A DNA stretch of 64,000 nucleotides. It comes from Euprymna scolopes. Its lineage: Eukaryota. Below are positions 12,116 to 26,262 of this stretch, one piece after another; positions within the stretch are counted from its first letter, which is position 1; the number at the start of each line of letters is the position of its first letter. A program made the position numbers and the translations under genes. Where the stretch lies: assembly GCA_053919585.1 (NCBI GenBank), contig CM132789.1. One strand, 5' to 3'. The notes beneath the pieces are model-generated. The model searched no databases. It was given only the letters and a program-made list of their open reading frames with translations, and was not told the origin of the DNA.

Positions 12116-13016
12116 TCTGATTAATCGAATCAAACTGACGATCCAAATAGCTGGAATTTACCAATGTTACACAAATTTCATGATTCAATATTTCTTAAAA
12201 TAAATGTGAACTATAACTTATTTACTAAAAAACAAAAACAAAATAAAATTCAGAAAATGATGTTACATGTTTTAAAGATTTCAGCAAAGGGAAATATTTG
12301 TTAACTGTTAATATGGAATTAATGTTTTTCCGTTCTACTTTCTCTCACTATTTCTACTTCTTCATGCCAAGTCTTCTCCTCCCTAATAACTTTCAAACCA
12401 GAAACGTGCTTCTCCCATTTCCTTTTCTCCTCTACTACCAATGAAAGTGTGCCACAAAAGGAAGGAAGAAACGTACCATTTTGCAAAACTCAATCATATT
12501 CCGCAAAGTAAAAAAACAAAAACAATTTTTCTCTACAAAACAGCCAAACCAAAAACCACAAATAAATATTTAAATATATAAAGAACTTGAAGCATATTTT
12601 TTTGCAAAATTATTGGATTCAACATTAAACAACCGAAAAGTGTTGATATGCTGTAAACCCTCCTCCCCTCAAAAAGGAAAACAAATGTATTTCCTCTCTG
12701 TCAAGGTGAAAGACATCTCCTTTTCCCATTCTTTCCTCTTTCTCTTCTTCTATCAAACATGTTAAATGAAAACTCATCTTTTTCCTTCGTTTCCATCTCG
12801 GAACTTATCCTAAGACAACTCTTCTCGCTATACAACTCGCCTATACTTTCTCTCAGTTAAAATGGAAGACATACCTTCTTTCTATGAAAGTTCTCTTCTT
12901 CCCACGCTTCCTCTTCTTCATTTCTCAATGCTAAAAGAATCTGTATGCTCATGATAGTCTCTCTTTTTCCGGTTATTCTAAAAGACACATTTATTCCTTT
13001 AAAACCTGCCATTTTC

Positions 13017-13058
<42 letters not shown>

Positions 13059-13191
13059 AACTTGTGACAAAAGGTATCTCTCTACATATGAAAACTTGCC
13101 TTTTCCTACTCTCTCATGTAAAAAAAAAAAAAATCCATTTTCCTCTGCAAAACTCCTATTCCATTGACTATCTCATCTATATCCCTTACAG

Positions 13192-13326
13192 GCTGTGAAC
13201 TACACACACATGGTGAACCATATTTCCTTTGTATCCAAAGATGCCTCTGACTCTAGAGCCATTGGTTATGTGTACGGAGCTGGTGATGGCACTCACAAAT
13301 TTTTTGCCATTAAAACTGAAAAATCG
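13192..13326 (+). CDS. Dab: Disabled (Dab) family PTB domain coding exon (AVNYTHMVNHISFVSKDASDSRAIGYVYGAGDGTHKFFAIKTEKS)
   Basis: 135-nt phase 0/0 exon bounded by CCCTTACAG| and |GTAAGA. The translation follows the Dab PTB pattern H.V..ISF...D..D.RA(F/I)GY..G..G.H.FFAIKT and continues in frame from exon 1-36. Confidence 0.93.
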
Positions 13327-13849
13327 GTAAGATGTATTTTATATCAGAATTTATTATTTATTTGTTGACTTGATAATTTAAAATTAAGGAAAGAATATTT
13401 GAATAGTCGAAACTTTTCCAGAACAAATTAGATAAATAAGTTCATTCAGTTTCGAAATTAACTAATTATAAATGTAAGGTTAGTAAAAGAGAATTTCAAC
13501 AACGTATTTGATGATTAAGAAAATTAAAAAGAAAAACAAAAAACTGAGAGCGTAACATTTATGTTTTACAGAAGATCAGAACAATATTGGTACTGTCGGT
13601 TTCAAATCCAAACAAACGTGACCAATAATTGATCTCCTTTATTGAAGCACTCTTCAGCCTCTGTTTATATAAATATGTGTGTGTAGAGTAAGTTAAAAGT
13701 AAGTGGACAGTAAAGGAAAACATTTATTTAGAGATTCATATACATAGAACTATATGAGATAACACTATAATATTAATAAAAAGTAGATTTTATTGTGAAA
13801 AATAATAATAAAATTTTTTTTTTTTTATTTTAACAATGCTGGTGCTCAA

Positions 13850-14075
13850 GCTAGTTTCCATAACAATTTACACAACTTTGAAGTCCGTCTCTTACGCTTC
13901 GACTGGCATTTTTTGCATTTATAATGTAATTTTTCAAACCGCGGACACTTCTTGGTTTTTAACTATGAACTTTGTCCTTGAGTATTCTCCAAAATAAAAA
14001 ATAAAAAATCCATTGAACGCGCCGACCAATCATTTGGGCCTTTTTGTTCAGTCTATTTTACATGAACACGGATTA
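13850..14075 (-). mobile_element. Highly decayed Tc1-like transposase C-terminal fragment
   Basis: Minus strand gives GPNDWSARS.., resembling the WPxRSPD motif. Confidence 0.4.
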
Positions 14076-14157
14076 AAGTAAAATAATTGTAGGTATGAAA
14101 TTCTAATAATATAAATGATACATTTACCTAGCCAAATACAGTTCACCCACTTTTAGA

Positions 14158-14202
<45 letters not shown>

Positions 14203-15589
14203 TAGCTGACATACAATAAATAGTGTTGCTATGAAGTAATAAAAATACTATGTACTCATGCTCCCAACACTGAACTTCATATTATTATATTTTTTTATTT
14301 ATTATTTTTTTTACTAATGAGTTACCACTTATCACGGCTAAATGCCTCTTAAGGATAAGGGTTGATGAGTTGGATAGATTTTCAGTTGAATGATGAAGAA
14401 TGTTATGAAAGTATTGAAAATAGGAAATGTTCTATAGGTCAAGCAGATCTATTCATTTAAGGAATAATGGATTACCTTAAATATAGTTAGATCTAAATGT
14501 CATGGCAGTTATGGCCCCAGAATCATGACGTATACCTCTGCAACATACTTTTGTTAATACATTTTTTGTCAATTATACCATGGAATTGAACAAACAAAAT
14601 TTGATTACTAATGAGGACAGTTTATGAAAAGTATTTCTGGATATTGAGTTCCTCATAAAATTTACTTGCAAAAAGTTGTATTTTATCTTGGTATAGGTTC
14701 TTGTTTTCAGTTGCATCCCTAGAAAGCAAGAATTGGAACAGTGATTAAATCCTAGTGATCGATAAGGCACTTTGAATAGTGTCATTAACTTCCTTTAAAA
14801 ATAAAATTCTTATTGATATTAATTATTAACAAATCGATTTCTATCCCTTATATATATATATATATAAGATGATGGCTATCAAATTAATTGAAAGTTCTTT
14901 AAAGCTTAGAAAAATAAACCATCAAATTTATTAAATCGTTAATGCAATCTCCATTCTTTTCTGTGGCCTATTTCGATGTTATAATACATTTTTTAGTATT
15001 TATGCAAAATAAGGTCCATGTTACCAGAATTTTCTGAGCAGTTTATATAAAATGCTGGATGGTGCCAAACGAAAGTTTTGTGATTTTTTTTATCTTGCAC
15101 AAATGCGGGCCAATTTTTTCAATGAAAAATATATTATTTCTGTTAATGTGAAGACAACTCAATGAAAAATCAATTGAAAAAATGAAAACAGTATTTTTTG
15201 TTATAAAGAAAATACAATGAATAATTATTGTACAATTTTTATGAAACTTGAAATTCAAACCGTGGAAAAAAAAACACTCATTGTAAGGTAAGTTTCATGA
15301 ATAAATATTTATTTTTGTTAATAAATACCTGATAGCAAAAAAAAATTTATTTTCTTGTTCAATTGAAGATAATTTATTTTTATAATAAACCAATGTTAGT
15401 AAATAAATGTTTTCTTAAATGATGTTGGCTGCTGCAATTTCATTGGCTCAGTGTTTTGGCATCTTTTGGTATTTTATGCAAACTGCCCGGAAAATCTTGA
15501 TGACAGCATGTTCCTTATTCTACATATGTATCATATTTTTGAATAACAGATAAAATTCTTTTGTTTTAAAGTAAAATAAAAAAACAAAC

Positions 15590-15930
15590 TAATTTTCATT
15601 ATCTTCTCTTGTAGTACATCTTAATCTGCTCAAATGATTTAACAAATTTCTAAAGAGCTATTAATCTGCTGGTGAAAGTTTTGAAGAATATGGTGGGTGA
15701 TGCATAATTTCCCATCCAGATTTTTCTAGGAAATCTTCACCTCTTCCTGCAGTGTATCCTTTTAATTAATAATATTAGACCTCAACCTACATAAAAGATA
15801 TAGAAAAATAAAATTATGCGCTGCCCACCATATTCTCCATATCATGCCCCAATAGAATAGAATTGCTTTAGATGTTTGCATAATCATTTGAATGATTTAC
15901 TTCAAGCGAATACCATGAAAATGAGTTGAT
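15590..15930. repeat. Decayed MITE-like palindrome
   Basis: GAATATGGTGGG..GCATAATTT versus AAATTATGC..CCCACCATATTC, and TCAAATGATT versus AATCATTTGA, arranged symmetrically. Confidence 0.6.
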
Positions 15931-16186
15931 TCTCTTTATACATCATCTTAAATCAAACAAATCATTTTAATTCCCATATTTTCACAACATTGAAATTTAA
16001 GAAACGAGTATAGTTGACAAATATCAGAATGCATCAAATACATTGAAAACAAAAAATATGTGTTCATAGGTGGCAGTGGGTTTTAAGCCATCTTTCATTG
16101 AGCTGTATTTACAAATGTCAATCATCCAACCGATCATCCTAACAGGTGCGATACCGATTTTCTGATGGTATTTTCTGATAGTATTA

Positions 16187-16628
16187 TGTTTCTGAAGTTT
16201 TTAGATGAGGATTTATAATTCGTTTGATTTGTATTCTTCAGACTACTGTTCTCATCATGAGTGTTATTTTTTACAACGTTTCAGCCTATTTACCTCCGAC
16301 CTTCTTCAGGTATATCTTGGTCAACTCGGAAATCATGCTGCTGAATTCTTGAATCTGCATAGAATTTCGAACGCAACTCTTTACGGAGATAGCATACTCT
16401 CGTTTTGTCAACCATGAATTATTTAAGATTTCTACCTGGTTATGGCTGATGGAACAAGAGTATGCTACTCTTGTGGATTAAATAAAGGATCCTGTTTGAA
16501 ATTTTGTGCAGATTCTCGAGTTTAACAAGATACACCTGAAGAAGGTCAGAGGTTATATTGACTGAAACATTGTAAAAATAACACTCTGGATTAGAACAGT
16601 ATTCTGAAGAATCAAAATAATATGAACT
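16187..16628. mobile_element. Hammerhead-bearing SINE-like family A, inverted pair
   Basis: Minus arm ~16187-16413 and plus arm ~16414-16628. Hammerhead motifs at 16272-16312 (-) and 16533-16574 (+). Confidence 0.82.
16272..16312 (-). ncRNA. Minimal type I hammerhead motif (Penelope-type)
   Basis: TAC CTGAAGA A GGTC-GGAGGTAAATA-GGCT GAAA C GTT^ GTA: intact core, 4-bp stem II with G-U pairs, vestigial palindromic stem III (ACGT), 3-bp stem I. Confidence 0.68.
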
Positions 16629-17421
16629 GATGTCGCTTCTTTTAATCCACACAAAATCGTGAGAGGGAATTTGATAATCTGGTTACCACCATACTGGGCA
16701 GCCAACAAATGGCCCTGTGTGCTCTGCTCCATCAATTTGCCTGTTTACACTGCATTTGCTGGTGGTAGTCCCTGTTTATTTTGAGATATTTTATTTAACT
16801 TATATCTAACCTTAGTTATGACATCATATGCGAATTCAAGTGACAGCCATGATGTTAAACAATGTTCTATTTTACATCAAAGTAAAAGTTGAAATGCTGG
16901 AAAAACTTGAGGTTACTGCACATAAGCTGTGTGATAACAATCCCTGGTGGTTTAGAGATATTGAAGGTATGGCATTACAGGCAAAATTCAAGTGATCAAT
17001 TGGCATCATTTCATTTATACACTTAATGAAGGTTTGCGCCCCCCCTCCGCAAAACATGTGCAACAAATACTTGTCTAGCTACAACAACTGTCAATGATTT
17101 CCCTTACTCTTTATCAGTGCCTAAACCTAAACTAAAACTCCATGAACAAAGTTTCTTTCCTAAAACTGTCCGTTTGTGAAATACAATACCGTGGAGCTGC
17201 TTCCCAGCTGACTAAACATAGTCATTTTCAAGTCTAACATAAACAAGTTCTTGTTGAGCCGTCCTCTTAAATAATTAAATCCTACTGAAGTTCCACCATT
17301 ACTGATTATCATAGTGTTGTCTCACCATCTACCCAACAGTCATAAATTGTGTTCCGTGAATGGCAATGACCCTTTAGTTAAAAAAATAAAAAAATAATTA
17401 ATGCTTCATTAAGTTTTGGGT

Positions 17422-17535
17422 GTACAATATAATTGCGTTGACATGCTGATTCTCATAAGGTCACCAAAGTTAAGTGATATGGAGCCTGATCAGTACCAGA
17501 TGGGTGACCATTTGTGAATGCTAGGTGCTGTATGT
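17422..17535 (+). pseudogene. Degenerate 5S rRNA-like head (SINE3 remnant)
   Basis: TCACCAAAGTTAAG..GCCTGATCAGTACCAGATGGGTGACC..AGGTGCTGTA. Further 5S-like pieces at ~23230-23283 (+), 27395-27495 (-), 42940-43010 (+) and 57040-57152 (+). Confidence 0.75.
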
Positions 17536-19684
17536 CATCATTCCATTACCGGGATATATATGCAGCTGAGGATTGCTTGTGAATTTAATAATACCTGTAA
17601 ACTTGCTCTTTTGGAGGAAGCTAGTTTCACCTGCTCATAGCTAATACCACACTAGGTTTATTTTTTAAATCTTGTTATCTTTGATGGTTTAGAGGTGTGT
17701 CATTTGTACACTTAATGGGTTAGGGGTGCGTTGACTTATTAGTAAGGAAAGATCAGATGGTCCATCAAAATGGTAAATCTGGTTAAAAGACTCTGGAATC
17801 AAGCATATCGGAAAATTTGTGTTGTACCTGTACAATATATATTTTTTTTTTTTAATTATTTTTTGTGTTTCATTTGATTTTTTTTGTTTTCACGTTTGTT
17901 TATTTTTTTTTTTTACCATATAAACTGTATGATCTTGACTAACAATGTCATTATTGTTTGTAATCTACTAATATAATGCTATTGTTATTTGTAATCTAAA
18001 GTGATTATTGCTTCTTAATAACTTGCATCCTTCAAAATCTTAATCAACTCTGTTAAATGTTTGTTATTATTTTCATTGTTATTTTTATTGTTATTTTTAT
18101 TGTTATTTGCTTTTGTTTAAAAGAAAATATATTATTCATTCTTCCTTCTTCATCTAAATAACTCACCTTGGAAAAGTGTCATATTCAATTAAGTTTGCTT
18201 TGACACTGAATCGGAGAGACTAGAGATTGGCTTGGTAAGTACCACGCCCTCTTCTGTCTGAATAAAGAATGATCTGGTTCAGTCCTAGGAAATGCACCAT
18301 CGCAGGCATTACCTTTTTTCTTAAAGGAAAGTTTGATTTATTGCCGATCACCTGAGGCACCTACACTGGGAAACACTGATGGGTCTTTTATTGGCTATTT
18401 TTGCAGAGCCAGAATGCATCTTTGCGAGTGCTGCCATTTCCTCTCTCTCACCTTCCAACCTTGTGCCACATCTTCCTGTTGTGAGAAGGAAGTAAATACC
18501 TTTTGCATCTTCCCAGGCATTACCTCCTCTTTTTGACGTAAATTTCACCTAAACTATGTTTTTTAATGAGGCGGGTGAAACAACAAGCCTCTCTGAGAAT
18601 GCGTGATTAATTTCTGTTTACTGAGCTCCAATATCTAGTCTCCCTCCCCACTGCAACATATTCACAGTAAAAACTCATCTAACATCAACCATTAAAAAGA
18701 ATTTTCTTTTTCCTCTTTGTGTATCCAATGCAACTATCATGAATAAAGTTTCCTACTTCCCATTTGTGCAATGTGATACATCGAAGCTGCTTCCCAGCCA
18801 AATACAGCATGATGATTTTCAAGTTCAATGTTAACAAAATCTTGTTGAGCTACCAAGTTCAATCAAATTCTGGCCATTTAATCCCTCATTGCCAATCCTC
18901 TAAAAAATCTGAAAATCTCTTTAACCCTTATCCTTGAGTGGCCCTCACTCCTTGATAAGCAGTAACCCATTACTACAAAAAAGTACATACGCAGAATACG
19001 GAACATGAAATTTTTTAAAAATAGGATTTTTAAGTTTAATTCAATTTTTACGGTACCTTTCATTTATTAAATTGTTGGGTGAAATTACAAAATAGTTAAA
19101 AAAGACCCTTCTCCATACGTTAAGAATAGGTTTCTAAATAGTATTATTTCAGCATGGTACATATTCTGCATAAGTACAAAGACATGTCAAAAGTAAAAAG
19201 CTTTTCAGTTCTTTTGTAAAGTATTTTCATAATATAGTGAGCCTTGAAAACAAAAGTGAAACAAATTGTCAAAAAATTCAATATTTACAATGCATTTCAG
19301 ACTATTGTTTTTATTTTGATTATGATGATCATGTTTCAGAAATATTGTGAAAATGTTTTTAAAATTTCTGCTTTTCAGTCCACTAGTACAATGCTTTCAT
19401 TTCTGTTATTTGATCATACCTTGATCATCTAGTAAGTTGGAAACGATTGTCAACGGTTTTACTAAATATCATCACAATCTCTAACAGCATTTAATATTTC
19501 ATTGAATGATGTATTAAATATGTCTTGCTTTTTTGTTGAATAAACGGCAAAAATATATATTTTCAAAGATATTTTCATTTGGCTGAAGAGAGGATGGTGT
19601 CATAAAAGCAAAGGTTTAAATTTTTTTTTAAATGCCCTAAAATTTATTTATGGATTTATAAGAGTTTGTTCTTTACAGTCAAGA

Positions 19685-19713
19685 TGGTTCGCTATATATG
19701 TATAAAAGTGAGA

Positions 19714-19772
<59 letters not shown>

Positions 19773-20660
19773 AGATGACAATTCTCAACCTATATACTCA
19801 ATGAATTTTTTATCTAGATTTGAAATTTGGTATAATGGGTATTCAGACATGGAAAACTTTTTAATCAGTTTTCATCTAGAAAAAAAGGGTGCTAAGGGGT
19901 CAAAATTTAAAAATTGGAACGTGTGGAGGGAGGGTAATCGGATTTTTATCTGTTGTTTCACGAATGCGCAAAAATTATAGCCTGTTGACTTAAAATGAGT
20001 GCTTTATGCCTAATTGATAGTTGAATATGGTTAGATTTGTGCTTATTATTACATTAAATACTAATCCCTATTTATCCCTAACTGTGCATCGAATGGATAC
20101 CATAATACTTAGTTTGCTACACCTTATAACAAAGATCCATAAAAATTTCAGCCAGTATGGCTAAATAGTTTCCAAGAAAAAGTCGAATTAGACAGACAGA
20201 CAGACAGACTGACTAAGAGAAATATAGAAAATTTATAGAAGATTATAACAATATGGAAATATACCGGTTGTAAGAGGGAAAAGTGAATACTGAATTGTTA
20301 TTTATTTCTTATCTATATATCTATAAAAATTCTTATCTATATATCTATAAAAATTCTTATCTATATATCTATAAAAATGAGAATGTGTGTGTGTGATAGA
20401 GGACACTTCCCAACCTCTATACTCAACGAAATTTTGATCTACAGACTTGAAATTAGATTATACAGGGTATTTAGACACGTGAAAAAATTTTAATTAGTTT
20501 TCATCAGGAAAAAAATGCTGCTAAGGAGTCAAAATTGAAAAACTGGCACAGGAGGGGGGGGTCATCGGATTTTTATGTTTGTCAACTGTTTCACGAATGC
20601 GCATGCGTGAATTAATTATTGATTCCTTATGTTAGAATAAGTAGGCTTGAAAACGCTTTT
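19685..20660 (+). mobile_element. Two Helitron-like non-autonomous 5' segments with (TG)n
   Basis: CTATATAT.TATAAAA.TGAGAATGTGTGTG.. starts at ~19692 and ~20360, followed by colinear bodies. Confidence 0.55.
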
Positions 20661-20934
20661 TAAAGACCGTGTTAACTGGCCTAATGGTTATCATACTTAA
20701 CTCACAGTCTTTAGGTTTTGGTTTCGATATTAGCTCGATAATTTTTTTATTTACTTACAAGAAGTGAACTGCTTAGAAAAAAAAACATAATACTTGCATG
20801 CATGTTTCTCAGTTTCTGTATGAATTAAAATATGATATTTATGCATATTTTACTAGTATATAATAAATCTTGATTCCAGATTTCTCCTCAGTTGCTAGAG
20901 TCATATGTGCAATGTCAGAATATCACACATGGGT

Positions 20935-21210
20935 TTGTATTATTTGGATAACTTCACTTCTTGAGTGTTATTTTCACAATGTTTCGGCCGATGTAACCTC
21001 CAATCTTCTTCAGGTATATTTTGTTAAACTCAGGAATCTTTTGTTGAACTCTGGAATTTGCATGGAATTTTTAACAGAATACTTGAGTAGCATGATCTCG
21101 TTCCGTCAGTTATGACAAGACAGAAATCTTAAGTAATTCACAGTTGAATTTTTAGTATCGCTTGCACTGGGGATTGAACCTTCAACCCAGAAGAGTTTCG
21201 CTTAGAAGTG
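20935..21210 (-). mobile_element. Hammerhead-bearing SINE-like family A, single copy
   Basis: Same body and tail as the other copies; B box GGTTCAATCCCC (reverse complement of 21169-21180); CTGAAGA..GAAAC motif at about 20975-21015. Confidence 0.78.
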
Positions 21211-21659
21211 AATTTTACCTGGAAAAAAAAAAAATGAATATTTAATTAATGAGAGGTCGCTTTGCAAAGCAATGTGAAAATTGAATTTGAATGTTGTTTG
21301 CATAGAGATGACTGAAACTGTTAGTCTTGTATTGTGAAAAAATAACGAGTTTTTAAATCTTTTAAATCTCATTGCCAGTGTGACAAGTGGCTCAACTTTA
21401 TAAATATAGAGATTAAAAGAAATATTTTTTTGAATGAAAATTTTTTAAAAGTTCAATTTTGAAAATGTCATTTGTCAGAGAGAGTCTCACTAATTTGTGT
21501 GTGTCGGTTGAGGAAGGGGGGAGCGTTGTATAGAAATTACATTCAGATATAGCCCCCATATGCATGTTTAAAGTTGAACACATATCTGAGGAAGGGAAAT
21601 TTTCTTGAAATATTATACAATACAGACTTCCATCCGATCATGCTGATGCAAATACGAAC

Positions 21660-21680
21660 ACAATGCAAGTATAAAATATA

Positions 21681-21744
<64 letters not shown>

Positions 21745-22552
21745 ATTAATAAAAGGTGGAACTGCATAGCTTATTCCACCGTTATATTTTAATTTGCTTC
21801 AGTTTGTGTTTATCCATTACACCTGTGCATTTTATCGCCTTCTATAAATTTCCTTTGTGTGCATATTAGACAATGCTTCAAGCAAACTACATTAACCTCT
21901 TATGAATTACATTTAATTCACTCCAAATGCTAAGCATCTATTTATGATATAGAAAATAGTCATAAATAAACTTTCGGTAATTGTAAAATGAAATCCGTCA
22001 TCAAATAAGAAAAAAAATAGTTAATCAATGAGAGTTCATTTTACAAAGCAATATAAAAATTAGTTTACCATTTGGATGTCACTCATAGACATGACTGATT
22101 ATAATAGGAAGCTGTTTTTTCTTATATCACGAAAAGAAAATTAGCCCTTTAAATCTCACTGTCAGTACAACAAATGGCTCAAATATATATTTTTTATACA
22201 AAGTATATATTTATATATTTGCATGTATTGGATTCATTTCTAAACTAATTAGCTGACCATTATGAATTTTGCAAAACTTTTCTGTCCTGAGAATGAGATG
22301 GGTATTGTTTTTATGTGTGTGTGTTGGCAAGTAAGCTATAGAGGTGTCCATGTTTCATCTCTGCAAGAATGAAACATAGACGCCTCTGTGTAATTTACTT
22401 GACATATCTGATGATTGCCTGTGTGGATGAAATATAGACGTCTTTATGCAGCTTATTGGCCATGGATATATTTTCATACTACTACTAAGCTCTACTAACG
22501 TATTGAGCACTGTTATATGCCCTTATATTATTATATGTGAAATAATACATTT

Positions 22553-22590
<38 letters not shown>

Positions 22591-24700
22591 GTGCAGTTTA
22601 AAGATCTCACATTGTATAAAGATATAAAAGAAAACTCGACTATATTTTTAATACATATATATAGTTTTATTTCAAAAATTATATCAGGGCATGCTTCAAA
22701 CGTGGGAGATCTTTGTCTTATCCTGAAGGTAGACGATGTTGTTAAGGTTATGAAAGATAATATGCTATGCTGGATAATTGAATGTGCAGCTTGTCTTTTC
22801 TTTATATATACATACCCCGCACGCCTTCTCCAAAGACCATTCAGCCAGCCAAGGAGAAATCTTATTGGAGGAGGAGGGGAGGTGGAAGTGGAGAAGGAGG
22901 AGGGGGTGAAGAAGTTAATCATCATCAGCTGTTGGCGAACAAAGAAAATTTCACTGACAACCTTGAAGGCACTACTTGAGAGCGAGTGAGAGATTGTTGA
23001 ACCTGTTAAGACCTTAAGTGACGATGAATAAAAAAAAGACGATGAAGGATTTCTGTAGCCTTTCTAGCATTCGTAGTGTTTCGCTACTTATAAACTAAAG
23101 ACTCGATCTAAGACAAGTGCGTGACTCTGTTCAAGAATCTTCTGGAATAGGGCAACAAAAAAGAATAACCACTTTCACATGTGTTTGTGGATACACTTGT
23201 ACATAGATATATTGTTACATAATGTGCAGCTTAAAATTAAGCAACGTTGAACCTGGTCAGTACTTGGACGGGTGACCATTTGCAAAAAAACAATCGTCAT
23301 AAGTTAATATACTTAAGAAGGTTTGAATCTGTTATTTACTTACTCCCCACCGCAGGAGGATGTGACACAAGGTCAGGAGGAGGGGGAGAGTCAAGCCAGC
23401 ACCCCTAAAAACACTCTGGCCTTATAAAAAGTGCCAGGGCAGTCCTGTCAGAATTCCCCAATTGCGGCTTCTCAGGCAGTAAGCAATAAACTTACACTAC
23501 CCAAAAGACAGGAAGCAAGGCCTAGGGAGGTGGAACTCCTAGAATGAATCCTTCAGTCCACGAGATAGAAGACCACTGAAATGACTAGTTTCTGCCAGAC
23601 TGATTGTTGACATCATAATTTCAATTGGCATATATCAACAATTGGAGTGAGTGGCCAAATGAATGGTGTGACTTATTCGAAGTTATGTGTCCTCTATTTA
23701 ATTATCAGTGAAATAGTAGAGTTGACTAGACTCTGAAGCCTTGATAAAGCAACTAGTTTTAATAAAGGAAATCTAAAAAAATAAAACTAGTTCTTTATTA
23801 ATCATTTTAGCATTATTTTCCGGTCGTTTTTGATTTCTCATTATCAAATGGACATAAACCATGTTGGATCAAAAGAGGTTGAATTTTAGTTGGGGATTAC
23901 CTTCTTTCACTATAAGCCCCACATCACAACTTTTGTAGACTTTCAGTTGGTATCTACTGCCTATCGAGAGAAAAGTGAAATCTTCCTCCGTATCATATAC
24001 ACCTGATTACAAGAGGTTAATGTAGTTTGCTTGAAACATTGTTTATTGTGTATACAAAGGTAATTTATAGAAGGCAATACAATGCAGAGGTGTAACAGAT
24101 AAACACAAACTGAAGCAAATTGAAATATTTAATGGAGGGACGAGCTATGTAGATTCACCTTTTATTAATACACTGTACATATTCTTTTTATACTTTTGAC
24201 ATTGTATGAAAAAAAACATTTCAAAAATATACATATATGATGATGGATACTCCTGTCAATTTCAACGTATGAGGTTCGCCACAGCAACTAAGTTGTTTCA
24301 AAATTCAAACAGATTTTGCCAGTTCTTTATAGTTTATAGTGATGAAGGCTTTGTGTAGAACTATCCACATTTTTGGGGCCATTACTGATCTCAGTCGGTG
24401 CAATGGTTGCCACAAGTGAGAGTAGGCAATAGACCTCAGGTTTAACGTCAGTTTTCTATCTGATAGATTGCATGTCTTAATGAAAACTAAGAGTGCATCT
24501 CTCCCAGTGGATTAAATGCACCTCCAAGTACCAACCTGTAAATTTCTACATCCTGGCATCCATATATATTAATGAAATGTGAAGCTGTATAGCTTATTGC
24601 TCCATTGTATGTTTTCATTTGCTTCAGTTTGTGCTAATCTGTTATACTTCTGTATTGTATTGTCTGTCCTCTATAAATTATCTTTGCATACACAACTGTT
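21660..24700. repeat. Three copies of a ~130-200 bp dispersed repeat: 21660-21865 (+), 24045-24205 (-), 24565-24695 (+)
   Basis: Shared core ATTTGCTTCAGTTTGTG..CTATAAATT..CTTTG. Confidence 0.7.
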
Positions 24701-25029
24701 ATATATATATGTGTGTGTGTCTGTATGTAGCAGAGCATATATGGACAAACAGGAAAATAGCAGTAGAAGCCGAAGGATAGCTGGCTAGGGAAAATATTAG
24801 CAGTAGCAGCTGTTAAAGCACATATGCAAATTAGCAAGTGTGCGCAAGCTTGCGTTACAAGAAAAGAGAGAAAAATACACCACATGGCGAGAGCAGAAGC
24901 AAGTTATGTGCTACGCAAGATGGACATGTGAAAGTCGTGGGTGAGAAAGTGCTGCCTAGCACCAGCGTGAGGTGGTGGCGACAGAGACTTTTAAAAATTG
25001 CATGTGTGTACAAAAAGACTTTGGAAATA

Positions 25030-25990
25030 TAATGAAATGCGTTAATTTGAAAATAACGATAAAGCAGAGACAGGTTCACAACATCTCTTCTGTGAGAAAG
25101 ACATTGCAGGGAAGAGAAAAAGGCACTCCCCACCAGGCCATGAAGTCTATTTTGAACTCTGTCAAGGCAGGATAAGCTACTTCTAGCAACTTCTGCCCAG
25201 ATGTGGCAACAGTACTCCATCCTTGGACGTACTTGGCTCTTATACAGGTAGAGAATTACATCAGCAATGAAATATCTACTGGAGCGGTAGAATGATTCCA
25301 CCATTTTTCCAGCAGCCTTGGCAACGGATTTGATGTACTTGTTCTATTTTAGATCAGGAGTAAAGATCAGATCCAGAAGATTGTCAAAATATGGAGCCTC
25401 CCCAAGACGAGAGCCATTCATTTCAATTGATGCCAGACGAGGATCCAAGCATTGATGATGGAAGCTTGGTTTTAGATGCCACCTCTTTCCCCATTGAATC
25501 ACGAGATCAAGATCAGAGGAGAGAGAATCAGAGAGAACTTGATCCTTTACAGCCTTTGAAGTGTTGCCAAAGATGGTAGTGTCATCAGCAAACATGTCTA
25601 CAAATGATCTAAGGATGTGATTTGGAAGATCATTGATGTAGATCAGAAAGAGAGTTGGGCCCAGGATGGACCTATGAGGGACTCCAGTATGAGCTTCTGA
25701 TTTCTGCCCATCATCCACTACTCTTATGAATCTATCAGAAAGAAATGATTTAATAATTGAAAAGACATTTCCAGCTCTACTGTAGCTGGAGATTTTGTGA
25801 AGTAGACCTTTATGCCATACCCTATAAAAGGCCTTTGATATGTCAAGTGCAATTGCCCGAGAAAGGAAGCCTCCATCGAGAGATTTATTAATCATATCAG
25901 ATGTAATGGTTAACACATCTGCTGTAGATCTAGCAGAACAGAAACCATATTGCATGTCACCGAGGAGGTTATTTTTGCTGAGATGGTTTA
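25030..25990 (-). mobile_element. CR1/L2-type LINE reverse transcriptase fragment
   Basis: QYGF..RSTAD, LDISKAF, GVP..SILGPTLFLIYINDL, FADD, then LYKSQVRPRMEYCCHIW. Confidence 0.93.
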
Positions 25991-26188
25991 CTATTTTTTA
26001 CGATCACTGCGCTTCCTCATTTGACGAGAGACACCATTCCCCAATGTTTTTTTCCATGGTTATCTTTTCTTTTATCTGCTATGCTGACTGTGTCGTCATC
26101 TTTTATATTGGTGGCTACACAAGTATAAAAAAATATAAAACAACTCAAAAGAAAGCATAAAAAATACATTCTGTGGATGTCAGTTTGG

Positions 26189-26262
<74 letters not shown>

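Noticed and set aside
22590-23225. piggyBac-like remnant or host exon (ORFs 22485-22989)
   Set aside because: Only a vague acidic stretch and a Cys-rich end; no TTAA-bounded TIRs or catalytic motif could be established.
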